The notes beneath the pieces are model-generated. The model saw only the letters and a list, made by a program, of their open reading frames with translations, did not search any database and was not told the origin of the DNA. 64,000 nt of DNA from the human T2T-CHM13v2.0 reference genome, Homo sapiens. The stretch is taken from NCBI RefSeq assembly GCF_009914755.1, contig NC_060934.1. One strand, 5' to 3'. This document shows positions 34,792 through 47,401 of the stretch, piece by piece. The translations under genes and the position numbers were made by a program. Every line of letters begins with the position of its first letter. Position 1 is the first letter of the stretch.

Positions 34792-35630
34792 GGAGAAGGA
34801 GCCCTGGGTGTTGTGGTGTTGAAGTTGCAAGAAAGAAGAAGGGCTGCAGAGCTGCACCAGCCAGGATGTCAGACCAGCCACAGGGGGACTCCATGGGGAC
34901 TGAATTCCTTCAGGTCATAGCAAGATTTGGGGTGGAGAGGGAGAGTCTGAACTTCATCCAGTGAATATGAGGAAATGACCAGGAAGTCAGGAGATGACAG
35001 CACCAAAGAAACGTGAAGGAAAACTCAGCAGACGGCACCTACCTCAGATGAGGGCATGCACAAGACTGGACACCGTCATTAATAAATTTTATAATTTTCT
35101 TAAAGGACTTCTACATTTGTGCTAAAGTTTATTCCTTGGTTTCTTATATTTATTATTACTTTTTTATAAATGGTATTTATTTTTTTCATTATATATTTTT
35201 GATGAAAGAATAGAGATTTATGACAACATTTCTCAATTTAAGATATTTATTAAATTATTTACATTGTTACCTCAAACAAGTGCTAGTTCACCATGATTCA
35301 AAACATGTATTTCAGGAGTTTCATGTACTGAGAATATTTTATTGCCATACATAGAACAATTTCTTCTTAGATTTGACTTTGAAGATACGAAAGTGGCTTT
35401 CTGACTGATATTTACATTCCTACTTTAAGTATATATATACTGTTTATTTTTGCCCACTTCCTAAGTAGTAATTTTGTCTATAGTTTGTTGCCCATTAATG
35501 AACTTAGTGAAATTGAAATATTGAACTATTACAAACATTTAACAAAGAATAGGATAGAAAATATTAAAAATATACTGCAAGGGATAAGGGTTTTGGATTT
35601 CATGTGATTCAGGTATTATTTCATGAAACT

Positions 35631-35681
35631 TGTGTGTGTCTCTGTGTGTGTGTGTGTGTGTGTGTGCGTGTGTGTGTGTGT
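35631..35681. repeat. (TG)n microsatellite
   Basis: About 25 units with TC and CG interruptions. Confidence 0.95.
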
Positions 35682-36414
35682 AATTTGATAAGTAATTTTA
35701 AAAGAATACATATACTGTACTTTTTGTTATATTTAAATTCAGTCTTGGTGACCTGAGAAATAGACTCTGAGTATTACTTCTCTGAGTTGTCAAAGACAGA
35801 GTTTCAACGAGCCAACTAGTTTGAAGGCTATCATCACCACCACAACCTTTTTAAAATTACTTAAGAAGAAGATTCACAAAATCAACTCTTGGTCACATAG
35901 TCTGGAAATAGATTCATATATCTCTTGGCCATTTATTTGTCAATAAACTAAACTGTAGGGCAATCTTTTCAAAGTGAATTATAGTTAATTCTTTAAAACA
36001 TTGATTCAATAAGGATTACAAAGTATAAGATAACCAGAATAATATGAACTATTTGTGTGCATGTTTTTGAATACCTCTCCCAATTATATAATAATAAGAC
36101 TTGCACCATAACAAAAAAGTTTTATGTCAACTACATGATTTTCATTATTGCGTCTTTGTCTTCTGCATGTCCAACACTTTAGGTTCAGCACTGGACTAAA
36201 GATTGCCTTCAATATGGACATCTAAGACTTAAATTCCACCCTCATGAAGCCTACAATTTAATGAAGGTGTCCATATAAACACTTAAGAAATATTTAACAT
36301 GTAAAACAAAATAGCATATATGTTGTCTTTTAGGAGGCAAGATTCAAAAAGGGATGGTTTGCATTTTTGAGGACTAGAATTGTGAGACAGGGCTTAATGG
36401 AAGGAATAAACCTA

Positions 36415-36720
<306 letters not shown>

Positions 36721-37552
36721 TTAAAGGTATGTTAAGGTATCAGAGATAAGATTGGCTAGAGTACAGCCTGATTATTGAGAACTTCTTGCTTCCAGGGTGG
36801 TAGCTGTGATAAAATAATTCTCAATTAATATAATGTCCCTTGTTTAATCAAGAAGTCTCCAGGTTCGACTTACCTGCAGACATAAATTAAATCATGTTTA
36901 CATGAATAGCCTCATTTTACTCTGAATTTCATCATCATGTCAGAGGGTGTCTTCTCAGATTATAATCATACATGTATACATGCCATAAGCATTTCCAGAT
37001 ACATTGTTATGTCATGCCATCAACTTATATTTGGAATTCTTATGTCCAAGGAGCGCTTGGGTGAAGATTTCAAGGAAAGCATTTCAGTTTAAAATGAGGA
37101 AGGTGATAGCTGCTACAGTCTTTATTGAGCTTCCTGTCACCAAAGGCATTTTAGCAATTACTTTTCTTGATGAAGATTTTGAGTCAAGCACAAAATAAAG
37201 AAAAAGTTGGACTACATAACTCCTACATCCTTCACATTCATGAAAGTATGTAAGACTCTCTAGGCTTTCAAATGTCACAATGCCTTTTATTCACAAAATC
37301 ATAGCATACTCTTGAAATACACTCATATGCTCCAAATATACATCTATCTTTTCTCTTTTATGTATAATTAAACCCTGCAAAATATTTCTTCTTGACAATT
37401 AAAAGCATATCTCTTAGTGATTAATATAAACTAGAGAAAAAACAAGTGATAAACTACAGATCACCAAGTACATACTGAATAAAACTTGTTTAAAATTACA
37501 AGTTTTCAATTAGACTTATATGAGAGGCTTTTTAGAAGAGAGAAAGTTGTAG

Positions 37553-38371
37553 TGACACAGGAATTTTCTTTCGGCCACTTTGCCAGACTCGCAGCAGGGG
37601 CACCCTGTCTACCCAGCCCACAGTGCTCTGCCCCTTGCGGAAGGGAGCACGTGAGTGAGCCAGGGCGGGATCTGGCTGGCCATTCCAAGCACAACACAGG
37701 AGCAAGCTTCATGTGGGGCCTGCAGCCAGACCAGGAACTAGGGTGCCAATGACCCTGAAGCCCCAGAGGGGGTATTAGTATGCTAATTAGTTCTTTTAGT
37801 TCCACTATCCATGGACAGCTGCACGTCAGCAGCTCAGTCAGTCCCTGGCCCCATGGCATGGAGCAGCTGCCCTTCACTGGCAAGGGCAAAAGGCCAGTGG
37901 GACAGTCTTTCTGGGTACCTGCGCTCAGTGTGGCCTGAGCTCTTGTCCAGCATCCAAGAAGAATGAGGTTATGCTGACAATTGAAGCATGAGCAAGGCAG
38001 GGAGTTTTATTGAGTGATGAAATAACTTTCTGCAGAGAGCGGACGTGGGGGTGGTCCCCCAATGGTGGGAAAGTCCCCCAGTGTAGCTGAGTCCCGGAGC
38101 TTTTATGGGTTCAGAATAGGGGAGGTGCAAGCCATAGGTAGTATGGGAAAAGACAACATTCAATTGGATAAAAGGCATTATTCAGAAAAAAATCAGTCGG
38201 GGAAGGGTGGGCAACCAGGAACAGAAGTTATCCCTCTGGGTCATGGGTTTCATCCAGGACCAGCAGTTGGGTTTTTCAGCCTTCAGGCTGTTTTTTTTGG
38301 CTTGAAGGTGTGGTTTCACCAGAGACCTGCCCCTATCTGCTTTGGCATTTGGCTGCCTCCTGTTGCTCTCA
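37553..38371 (-). mobile_element. ERV1 solo LTR, LTR27/MER52 family
   Basis: Minus strand begins TGAGAGCAACAGGAGGCAGCCAAATGCC and ends CCTGTGTCA; perfect 4-bp TSD gtag; AATAAA on the minus strand near 38010. Confidence 0.88.
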
Positions 38372-38924
38372 GTAGCAGCATCTTATTAGAAAAGGATTCA
38401 GTGAAGTAGAAGGCCAAAAGAATGTGATTATATATTGATTAAAGCTATGAGGCAAAAGATTCCTGACTTCCAGAGATACACAGCCAACCCACATGTAATA
38501 AACTTAGATGGTTGCCTGCCAGATGTTTTTCTCTTAAAATTCTTAAGCTTAATACTGTTGCTAATAATACACAGAAATGATAAAATTCACTTAACTTTTG
38601 GATATGGCCTGAATAGTTTGCAAGAGATCCTTATTCCTTATAACACATGTATTTATAATAAATATATTTTCACTTATGAGTTTATTTTTCCAAAGACCTT
38701 ATGGTACTATTCACAGAATTTTTAGAAGAATATTCTTTTGTATCTTAGAATTTAAAATGAGATAGTTTCCAGACATTGGGATGAGAAGGCAGGAGACAGA
38801 AAGGAAAAAAAAATAAAACAATGGGGACATAACTGGAAATGTCAGTAGGCATAAGTTGGGGAAATAATTTTCTATCAACTACTGTTCTAGTTGGAACGAA
38901 CCTCTAAGAGAAAGGTAACTGGAG

Positions 38925-39252
38925 TAGTTATGGTCAAAAATAGCTCAAAGGCCAAATCCAGCATGCCTGTTTTTGTATGAGTGGTGACCTATGAATAGTT
39001 TTACATTTTTTACTGTTTGAAAATAATCAAAAGAAGAGTAATAGTTCATGCCACATCAATATTATATGAAATTCAGATTTCAGTGTTCATAAAGGTGTTA
39101 TTGGAACCTTGCCATACCCATTTGTTAACATATTTTCTGTAGTTAGTTTCCAACTACAAGAGGAGAGATGACTATTTACAACAGAAACTGGCCTACAAAG
39201 CCTAAAATGTTTACTATCTGGCTCTTTACAGAAAAAGCTTGCCAATCCCTCT
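38925..39252. mobile_element. MER58B (hAT-Charlie)
   Basis: ggccaaatccagc, attatatgaaattcagatttcagtgttcataaa, aaaatgtttactatctggctctttacagaaaaagcttgcc. Confidence 0.85.
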
Positions 39253-39299
39253 GCTAGAGGATAAGTTAGAGAAGTTGACATCAACTTCAATATATAATG

Positions 39300-39468
39300 T
39301 GGGTTTTTTAAACTGACCTGATGTTTGTCCAAATGTTGTTAAAAATTTGGATCTTGGGCTGCTTGCCCGACCTACTAAATCAGAATCTAGGAGCAAAGGC
39401 CTGGACATTTGTATTTTTTGTTAAGTATCCAAATGTGCATTTTCATCAGGCAAATTTGGGAATCACTT
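39300..39468. mobile_element. MER5A-like
   Basis: gacctactaaatcagaatct ... aaatttgggaatcact. Confidence 0.65.
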
Positions 39469-39474
39469 GTGCTG

Positions 39475-39735
39475 GCTGTGAACACAGGCTTTGGAATCAG
39501 ACATTTAGGGTTGGAGTCTGAGCTCTACTACTTACTAGCTGGGGGACTTTAGGCTCTTTTGGACAATACAATATGATTGACTTCATTAGCCTCAATTCAC
39601 TCATTGGTATAAAAACCTAACTCATCAGGTTTTTGTGATCATTTAATAAGGTAATATATTTAGATTAGATATAGTTAAGATTAACACAGTGCCTAACACA
39701 TTGCAAATGCTTAATAAATATTAAGTGTCATTGTT
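39475..39735 (+). mobile_element. MIR
   Basis: ggctttggaatcagac, ctctactacttactagctg, aacacagtgcctaacacat ... ttaataaatatt. Confidence 0.8.
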
Positions 39736-39789
39736 CTTAGTGTAAATAATATTAGCAGTAGTTTTTAATTAGAAGTAGAGATTAAAGGA

Positions 39790-39950
39790 GGCATCATGGT
39801 ACAGAAAGAGCACTGTACTTAGAATCAGAGGACATGAATATGAGTTCCAACCCTGTCACTTACTAATTATGTAGCATTGAACCACACAGCCTTATTGGGA
39901 TTCATTTGCTTCATCTGTAAAATGGAAATGAAAATAATTATGTATCTCAA
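39790..39950 (+). mobile_element. MIRb/c
   Basis: gaaagagcactgtacttagaatcagaggac ... ttcatctgtaaaatgg. Confidence 0.8.
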
Positions 39951-40689
39951 AGTCATTTCTAAAGGTCAGGATATAACAAAAAGCAGTATTTATCTTAACC
40001 ATTCTGTTGCCATGTCTAATACAGAGCCTGGGACAGTGTGATTAATACATGTTTATTGTATCCAAGTGAATCTAACCAACTCATGCCTGCTGCAGAGGCA
40101 TATTTCCTACTTTAATACTCATTGTTTCTTCTAAATGCCCTTTGCTCAAATGCATACATTTTGTAAATTTCTTTAGCTTTTTCTGTCTATGTTTAAGTTA
40201 AAATTTGTTAGCAATCAAGAGTTTATTTTCTCCTCCTGTAGTTAAAATCCTGTTGGTAAGATCAGAAATGATGGCTGCAGAAAAGGCAGGGATGTCACCA
40301 ATGGAAGATTATAATTTGTGTGCTGTATTTAACAAGTCGTAGGAAATTTACAAGGAGAAAATAATATAAAAGTGGTTCACCTTCGCCCCCCAAAATCTCA
40401 CACACATTCAAACTGTTTTCCAGGCAGAAATGTCAATGTAGAGGTAGAAGTGACATGTACAGGCTTTTAAAGTGTGAGAAACAAAATCAGTTTCTTTCAC
40501 TTGCATTCAGTTTCCAATAACTGCCAATTGTAGCAGTGTGCTGGCATCATCAAAGGACTTTTTTCAGTAAATGTCTTTTCTCTACTTTGCCCTAATCCCT
40601 GGCCTCCCCAACCCTCCACTCCAAGGCTGTTAATTGAGTGGTGACTACTGACCGATGAAAAGGAATTACTCATGACAACAGTTAGTTCG

Positions 40690-40795
40690 GGAGGTACTTG
40701 CTGTTGTCTTTGTGTACCGAGGTATCTCCAGAGTCTACCACAGTGCCTGGCAGTGTGTCAGTAAGTGCTTAATAATGTTTGATGAATGAATGTTA
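40690..40795 (+). mobile_element. L2 3' tail
   Basis: cacagtgcctggca ... gtaagtgcttaataatgtttgatgaatgaatg. Confidence 0.75.
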
Positions 40796-41949
40796 AATGA
40801 ACATTCTCCATGGAAACACCATATTGTGTGTGCGGTTTTGTTTTTTTTTTAACTTTTGAACTGAAATCAACAAAAACGTAAGTGGTGTAGTACTTCTCAG
40901 TTGTTTGGCCATTATTTATTTCAAATTCTGTATCCTCTATATTATTCAAACTATGCATAGTTAGTAATTACTACAGGCTTTCTTGGTTGTGACAATCAAT
41001 ATCACTGTGACTTTGTGTTAAAGAAATTGCCCCTTTTATCTTCTGATATGGATTTCCACTGAGCAAAATGAGGCATTTATTAATCCATTTTAGGATTGGA
41101 ATGAAGGAAATTGTTTTCTCTCCTAATTATTAAAGATTTACTAATGAATTATTGTTACAACCAGACCTATTTTTCTATCAAGAAGTCTGTGCATTTGATT
41201 CCAGTGGAATCATAAGTGCATAAATGTAGTTATATAAAAAAGTTAGAGGATCCCAAGTTTCCTTAAAAAACCATGAAAATCAAAGCAGTCTCCAAATTTT
41301 TAGAAAATGTTTTTGAAATGACAATTATGTAATAATCCATTGAAAATAATAGGCTCAATTTTCTGGATTGTTGGTACATAAGTAGGTGTTTTGTCTAAAT
41401 ATGAAATGAACCAGAAGTAGAGACGAATGCATGCAGTCTTTGCTTTTCTGATTTTGCCTAGGAACCAAGAATTAAATTAATGACTTGCATTTCTAGACCA
41501 ACATTGCTAGGATTATGCTTTACTGAATTTACTAAAATTAAAAAAAGAAATACAAGTGCTTTGAAAGATGAATGTGTATAATAAAAAATTTGTACTTTCC
41601 TATAAGAAACTCTATATTTTACACACAGTGGTTGTTAGATTCAGTTTGTTTACCACACTTGAAATGCTTTGTATTTGCATGTGTTTGAGAAAAACACTTA
41701 GAAAACATATCACACCTTAGCTTAATGAAATTCTCTGAACATAGACGCCCACTTTCTCAGAACTTGATTTCAGGAGGAGTCATATGTATGTATCTTGGCG
41801 ATTTGTAAGTCATAGGAATTTGGTAAACTCAATAACTGATCAGAGACTTTTATTTTTGTTTATTTAAATTTGTAACCATAGTATTCACTCTGCTAAGCAG
41901 AATAGACTTGGTATTGCTTATGGTTTCTTTTTTCCCCCATCTGGAGACA

Positions 41950-42150
41950 GAAAATTCTAAATTTACAAAGATGGAGAGAATAGTGTAATCACCTCCCAAC
42001 CATGTACCTACCTATCACTGAGCTTCAGTAATTATCAACATTTTGCTATCTTTTATTGTTTCTCCTTTCTACCTTACCATGTTTCTTTTTGCTGGAGTTT
42101 TAAAAAACAAAGTTCAGACTGTCATTTCAATAGTCGATATTTCTTACATC
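41950..42150 (-). mobile_element. Ancient L1 (MC5/ME-type) 3' fragment
   Basis: gagagaatagtgtaat ... agcttcagtaattatcaacattttgc. Confidence 0.55.
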
Positions 42151-44055
42151 TATCACTTTTCAGGTTTTGTGTGTGTGTGTTTTTTAAAGGACATAATTTT
42201 GTAGTTGGCTTTTTAAGATTCTTTCTTTGGCCTATGGGATGCAATCTGTTGGGGAGTCTTTGAAAAGCAGTATCCAGATTTGTACCAGGAGGGCCATCAC
42301 AAATTGGTCTCTAGCCTGAGCTCACTAGTGGGAAGTTGTGTCTATTGGCAACACTTTCCACGGGAGGAAAACCAGCAAACCTGCCCCATTCACCAATATT
42401 TGACAGCCCTTTAAGGTTAAGGTACTATAGGTTAAGGTGCTCAGGATCATGGTTTTCTTTTCACGGAAAAAGACCCATTATTTCATAGGTTGGTACACCA
42501 TATTGAAGTACCAAAATAAATCAAGGATTTTTCATATGTACTATACTTTTAATAGTGTATTAACTTTTTAAGGTATTTAAAAGATGAATAATTCTAAAAA
42601 TCAATTTCTTACTACATGCATTTGTTAACTATTTTGTAAGCTTCAGCATATTAAGTAGCACTCAAATGAAGATTTCGTAGGCAAAATGTCATTCGATTTC
42701 ATTATTATGATGAATAGTTTTTTAATGTTGTCAAATCCTTTTAGATTTAAAAATGTCTTTATGTCTGGAAATCGTTAGTCCAATACAATCTTTTCTGCAT
42801 TATTCATGTTCTCTTAATGTTAACTAGTTTATACATGGTTAATAAAGTAGAGAATGACATAGAATTTGTTGGAATTTATGTATAATTTCCCCCAGAATGT
42901 TAATGTTTTAAAGTGGTTTTTTGTTTGTTTGTTTTCTTTTGTTTTTAGAGTTAAAGCGAAAGTCTTAGAACATGCCTTCCTTTTGTGCAGGAAGAGCTAA
43001 TTTAGTGGCTTCAATAGCGACCATTCTTCTCTTTTCACATGCCAAGCTTTCTGGGGAAGCTGCAAGTACAGATGAAGATTAAAAGGCATTTGTTTTGTGT
43101 TTAAGGGGAAAAAGATTGATGAAGAAAGCTACCTTTGAATCATATTTTTAATTTTGATGAAACTGATCTCTAATTAGAAACATGTTTCTTTAAGGAACCA
43201 CATCTTGAAGGATATGATTTCTGTGATGTAGGATATCACAAATGAACTACAGTGGCTTCCTGTTGCAAATGTCAGTAAAAATTTAATTGTGCTAGTATTT
43301 TTATTAGGATTATTATTTTGTTGGTATTTTTGTTGTATCATTTTGTGGTTTCAAGTGATATACTTTCCCCATAAGCTCTGTTATTCTTAGTATGCAATTT
43401 TATTGGACACAAGTTTCCACAGGAATACATATCTGGTGTTACAACAATAATATCTGTATTAATTATATATTAATAAAGTATACATTATTAATAACATATA
43501 TTCATTTTGTGTATATTATCAATTATTTTTGAATAGTAACAATAAAACAATTTGAAATAAGAAGCAAAGTGAGAATCTGCCCAATTGATACTTAAACTTA
43601 AAAGAACTTAGGATACTTTCCAAGATTCCACCATTAATCTTTTGGATATTTAGTCTAAATTTGAAGAGAATGAACTGAGGATATTTTCATTATACTCTAT
43701 GGCTTTAAGTATTTGAAATCAAAGTAATTCAGATTTACAACTTTATTGAGTTACCAGTTGTTTTATTTGAAACTACGACAACCAATACATAAATGAATGA
43801 ACTATTTCATATTCTGATATAAAACTCCTCTCTCTCTTTTTTATATCCACAAATAAATTTTAAGTTTCCCCACTCATATTCACTCTGTACCATGTAGTTA
43901 TTTCTCTCTCTATTTTTTCCTTACTCCCATGTAAATCATCAAATTCTTTATGTACTTACCATATTCACTGGTACTGTCCAGATCTATATGTTACTAGCCC
44001 TGAAATGTGAGAACTCAGAATTTCAGGGAGTCTTGAAAGTAAATTGTGGGACAAA

Positions 44056-44432
44056 TTTTCTTTCTTTCCTTCCTTCCTTCCTTCCTCTTTCTCTCTCTCT
44101 TTCTTTCCTCTTTCTCTTTCTTTCTCTCTCTCTCTTTTCCTTTTTTCCTTCCTCCCTCCTTTCTTCCCTCCCTCCCCATCTCCTCTCTCTCTTTCTCTCC
44201 TTCTGTCTTTTCTTTCTCTCTCTCTTTCTTTCTTTCCTGCTTTCTTTCTTTCTCTTTCTTCTTTCCTTTCTTTCTCTCTCTTTCTTTTCCTTCCTTCCTT
44301 CCTCCCTCCTTTCCTCCCTCCCTCCCTCCCTCTCCTCTCTCTCTTTCTCTCCTTCTCTCTTTTCTTTCTTTCTTTTCTTTTCCTTTCTTTCCTTTTCTTT
44401 TCTTTTTTTTTCTTTTCTCTTCTTTCTTTCTC
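44056..44432. repeat. About 375-bp polypyrimidine (CT-rich) tract, the expanded tail of the adjacent AluJ
   Basis: Mixed TTCC/TC/TTTC/CCCT units with only 3 purines. Confidence 0.97.
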
Positions 44433-44705
44433 AGGGTCTAACTCTATCAGACTGGAGTACAGTGGCACAATCATAGCTCATTACAACCTAAGACTCCTGG
44501 GCTCAAGTGATCCTCCTGCCACCGCATCTACAGTAGCTGGGACTACAGGCTCATGCCACCATGCACGGCTAATTTTTTAAATTTTCTGTAGAGACAGGTT
44601 CTCTCTATGCTGCCCAGACTTGTCTTGAACTCCTGGGCTCAAGCAATCTTCCCATACTGGCTTCCCCAATTGCTGAGATTATAGGCATAAGCCATTGTGC
44701 CCAAC
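44432..44705 (-). mobile_element. AluJ
   Basis: cagggtct ... atcatagctca ... ctgggctcaagtgatcctcctgcc; degenerate TSD at 44045-44059 and 44706-44720. Confidence 0.92.
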
Positions 44706-44964
44706 TGTGAAAAATATTTTAAAACTATAAATTACTATTGGGTCATGCAGGTCTGAATCTTTTCACTTTGAGTAAGTATATTGTTTTCTTTTCCAGAATA
44801 AGAGAGAGAATCTCAGTATACCTTATAATTTACAAAATATGTGTTCAATTCTCCTCTGCTTAGGGCTATATGGAGCTAGTAAAAAACATTTCTTTTCATC
44901 CAATGAAATCACAGTTTGTAACTTCACCTGTAATAGTGTAGGACATATAGTTGTTGTTACACAT

Positions 44965-45088
44965 TTATATTTCCATTAGTCTGTAAGCTATCTGAAGTCC
45001 GAAACAAAGGCTTATTTATCTTGACACTTTAAAGACAGTGCCAGTGAGTTAGATGCTCGGTTGAATGATGCTTTTTGAATGAATAATA
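44965..45088 (+). mobile_element. L2 3' tail
   Basis: ccattagtctgtaagct ... acagtgcc ... ttgaatgaataa. Confidence 0.6.
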
Positions 45089-45959
45089 ATGTAAAGGGCA
45101 AAATTCTCAAAGTAGAGTATCATTGATAATTTTTACCTTAGATTTTTTTTAATATAACAAGCACTCTTTAATTTGAATAAAATAGAAGTATTTTTTCAAC
45201 TTTGTTTATCTGCAAAAATAGCTTTGACTAGAGCAGATGTTCCCTGGAATGAAAATGTACACTTATTGTGATACAAGAGAAATTGTTTAACCAAATCTAT
45301 CATCCACAAGAATTGCTATACTTCCTACCTTATTTAATTTCTCCCATCACTCAGGCCTCCTGGGCCATTATCAGGGTAGTTCTTATGAAAAAACAAGTCA
45401 AGAAAAAAGACCTTAGAACTTTTAGAGAATTTGTGATTGTAGAAGCAAGGAAAGGAACAAAAAAAGAAAATCCAGGATAGATGAACGAAGTTGATATGTT
45501 AGTGTGTGTAGATGTGTTTTGGAACTAGGGGCAGGGGTTATGAAGATTCAGAGGGATACAGATACAAACTGGACCAGAGTTTTTTTTAGGATAACTTGGT
45601 CCTTTGTGGCCTATGATGATCTTCAAGTATTTCAAGGAATAGGTCGTCCATTGTTGTTCCTTTTTTTTTTTTTTTTCAGTTGGACGTCTACAGAGTATTT
45701 TTTTTTTTTTGTCAATGAATATGTGTACACATGAGTGTTGGAAGGGAAGAAGCCTATGTCAGGGGAACATAAATTACTAAGGCAATTATATATATTTTTA
45801 AATAAAGTATATTTCCTGGCATTTCAAGTCCAGTAAAATGGTCTGACATAGAATCAGGCTACAACTGTTTCTGATTGCTGCTACAGTGCATGGCCAGAAC
45901 TATTTTGTTTAACAGCATCAAATATTAGTAGTTCCACTTTAATCAGGACATAAAGTCAA

Positions 45960-46240
45960 ACAATGTTAGAGGTAGAAGGCATTACCTGGGCCTTCTAGTC
46001 CAAGCCCAATATTTTACAGATGACTATGTTAAAACCTAAATGGTGAGTGATGTGGATTACCTGTGCCAAATACTGTAGTCAGTGCTTTATGGCCATTTTC
46101 TCACTTTGTCCTCACAGCAGTCTTGTGGCATCTATTGTTAGATGAGTACGTGGGGCTTAAAAATTACACTACCTTGCTCAAAATCTTAAGGTTACTTAGT
46201 GGTAGAGCTGGAATTCAAAACCAGACAGACTGATTTTTAG
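45960..46240 (-). mobile_element. Two MIR fragments
   Basis: ctagtccaagcccaatattttacagatga; tcctcacagcagtct ... agtggtagagctggaattcaaaaccagacagactga. Confidence 0.6.
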
Positions 46241-46289
46241 ACATAATTTATTTCAGGTGTAATTCAGTAATTAAAGATGAATGACAGGC

Positions 46290-46945
46290 TCTTCTCTCAT
46301 AGACTAGACACTCAACATGTTGTGATAGTGTTATGTGAGAAATGTGTACAAATATGCAATCACAGAGTAATTAATCATCATTTTACGATAATTGGAGAAG
46401 ATTTTGTAGAGGAGAAAATAGTTGAGCTGTGCCTTGAAAGATATCTAGGAATTTGCTAGGCAGTCAAGGATATTACAGTTTGTGAAACCTATCAAAGAGT
46501 GTCATGTGGATAGTTCTAATAATATTGAGTACTGCTGCGCAACTGAAGGTGGAAATGTAGAGTACGTTGAGGTAGCATACAAGAGACAAGACTGGAAGGG
46601 TAAGCATTTCTTAGAGTCTTGTATCTCAGTTCCAGCTTTGATGCCTCCTAGGTTGGTCACAATTTTTCTCCTTCTCCCCAGGTACTCACTGCTCCAGTTG
46701 GGTTTATTCAGTCTGTTGAGTGAGATCTAGGCAGTGAGTGTTTGAATTAGGGCAGGAGTCATAGGGTTTAAAAATTAGAAATAGAATAGGGAGAGAGTTT
46801 GGAGGTAAAATTTGTTGGGCTCAGTGACTGATGAAATGTCAGAGGTGAAGGAGATTGAAGTATAGCAGATGATGCCAAGATTTCTAACTGCAGAGAGCCA
46901 AGTGGGTGGTGATGCTGTTACTTAGGATGGAAAAAGTTGGAAGAT
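46290..46945 (-). mobile_element. L2
   Basis: ttgagctgtgccttgaaaggatatctagga; cagatgatgccaagatttctaactg ... ggtggtgatgctgttaactt. Confidence 0.6.
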
Positions 46946-47190
46946 AATTGAATCTTGTGGTCTCTAAATTCATTTCATATTTCCCTGAGTTTTAATGTAA
47001 GGGAAATATCTTTCTACTTTGTTTCACATTAAGTATAAACAGAGCTATCACAGATTGAAGATATCAAAATTATGCATATTCATGTATGTACATGATTAGA
47101 AATATGTGTGATTTTATATATTCTCCTAGTAGAATCTAGGATCCATTACAGTGTTCTATAGCTGCAGAAACTTCTAGACATCATCTAATC

Positions 47191-47401
47191 AAGAAGTCAA
47201 AAATTTGTTCCCAAAGACCTTTTTACTTTGGTTTCCTTTTTTTTTTTTTAAGCCAAACCAACCAGAAAACAAACAAAAACATTGAAAAGGAAATTATTTT
47301 GGATGGGTACCATTTAGCATCCTTATCCTCTTACTTTAGAACCTCTGAACTCATTTAAATGAGCTACCTGCTCTAACAGGCACTTGAGTTTTCTACCCTT
47401 G
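47191..47401 (-). mobile_element. MER102-like hAT MITE within a MIR3-like fragment
   Basis: End aacaggcacttgagttttctacccttg; degenerate 8-bp TSD atctaatc / agctaatt. Confidence 0.4.

Noticed and set aside
34734-35080. Island as a 5' transduction of the L1PA3
   Set aside because: No good copy of the 3'-side flank at the far end of the island; an imperfect TSD and a TTTT/AA site lie directly at 34734-34748
42915-43070. Strong plus-strand acceptor at 42948 (similar one at 2467)
   Set aside because: No good donor follows and every frame closes quickly
43954-44020. 40-nt minus-strand exon candidate (43999-43960) with CAG and GTAAGT
   Set aside because: Stops in all three frames, weak pyrimidine tract, no partner exons; such pairs arise by chance
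43965-44580. Four ORFs of 131-178 aa (K/E/R-rich or F/L/S-rich)
   Set aside because: Translations of the CT-rich tract and AluJ; low-complexity sequence lacks stop codons
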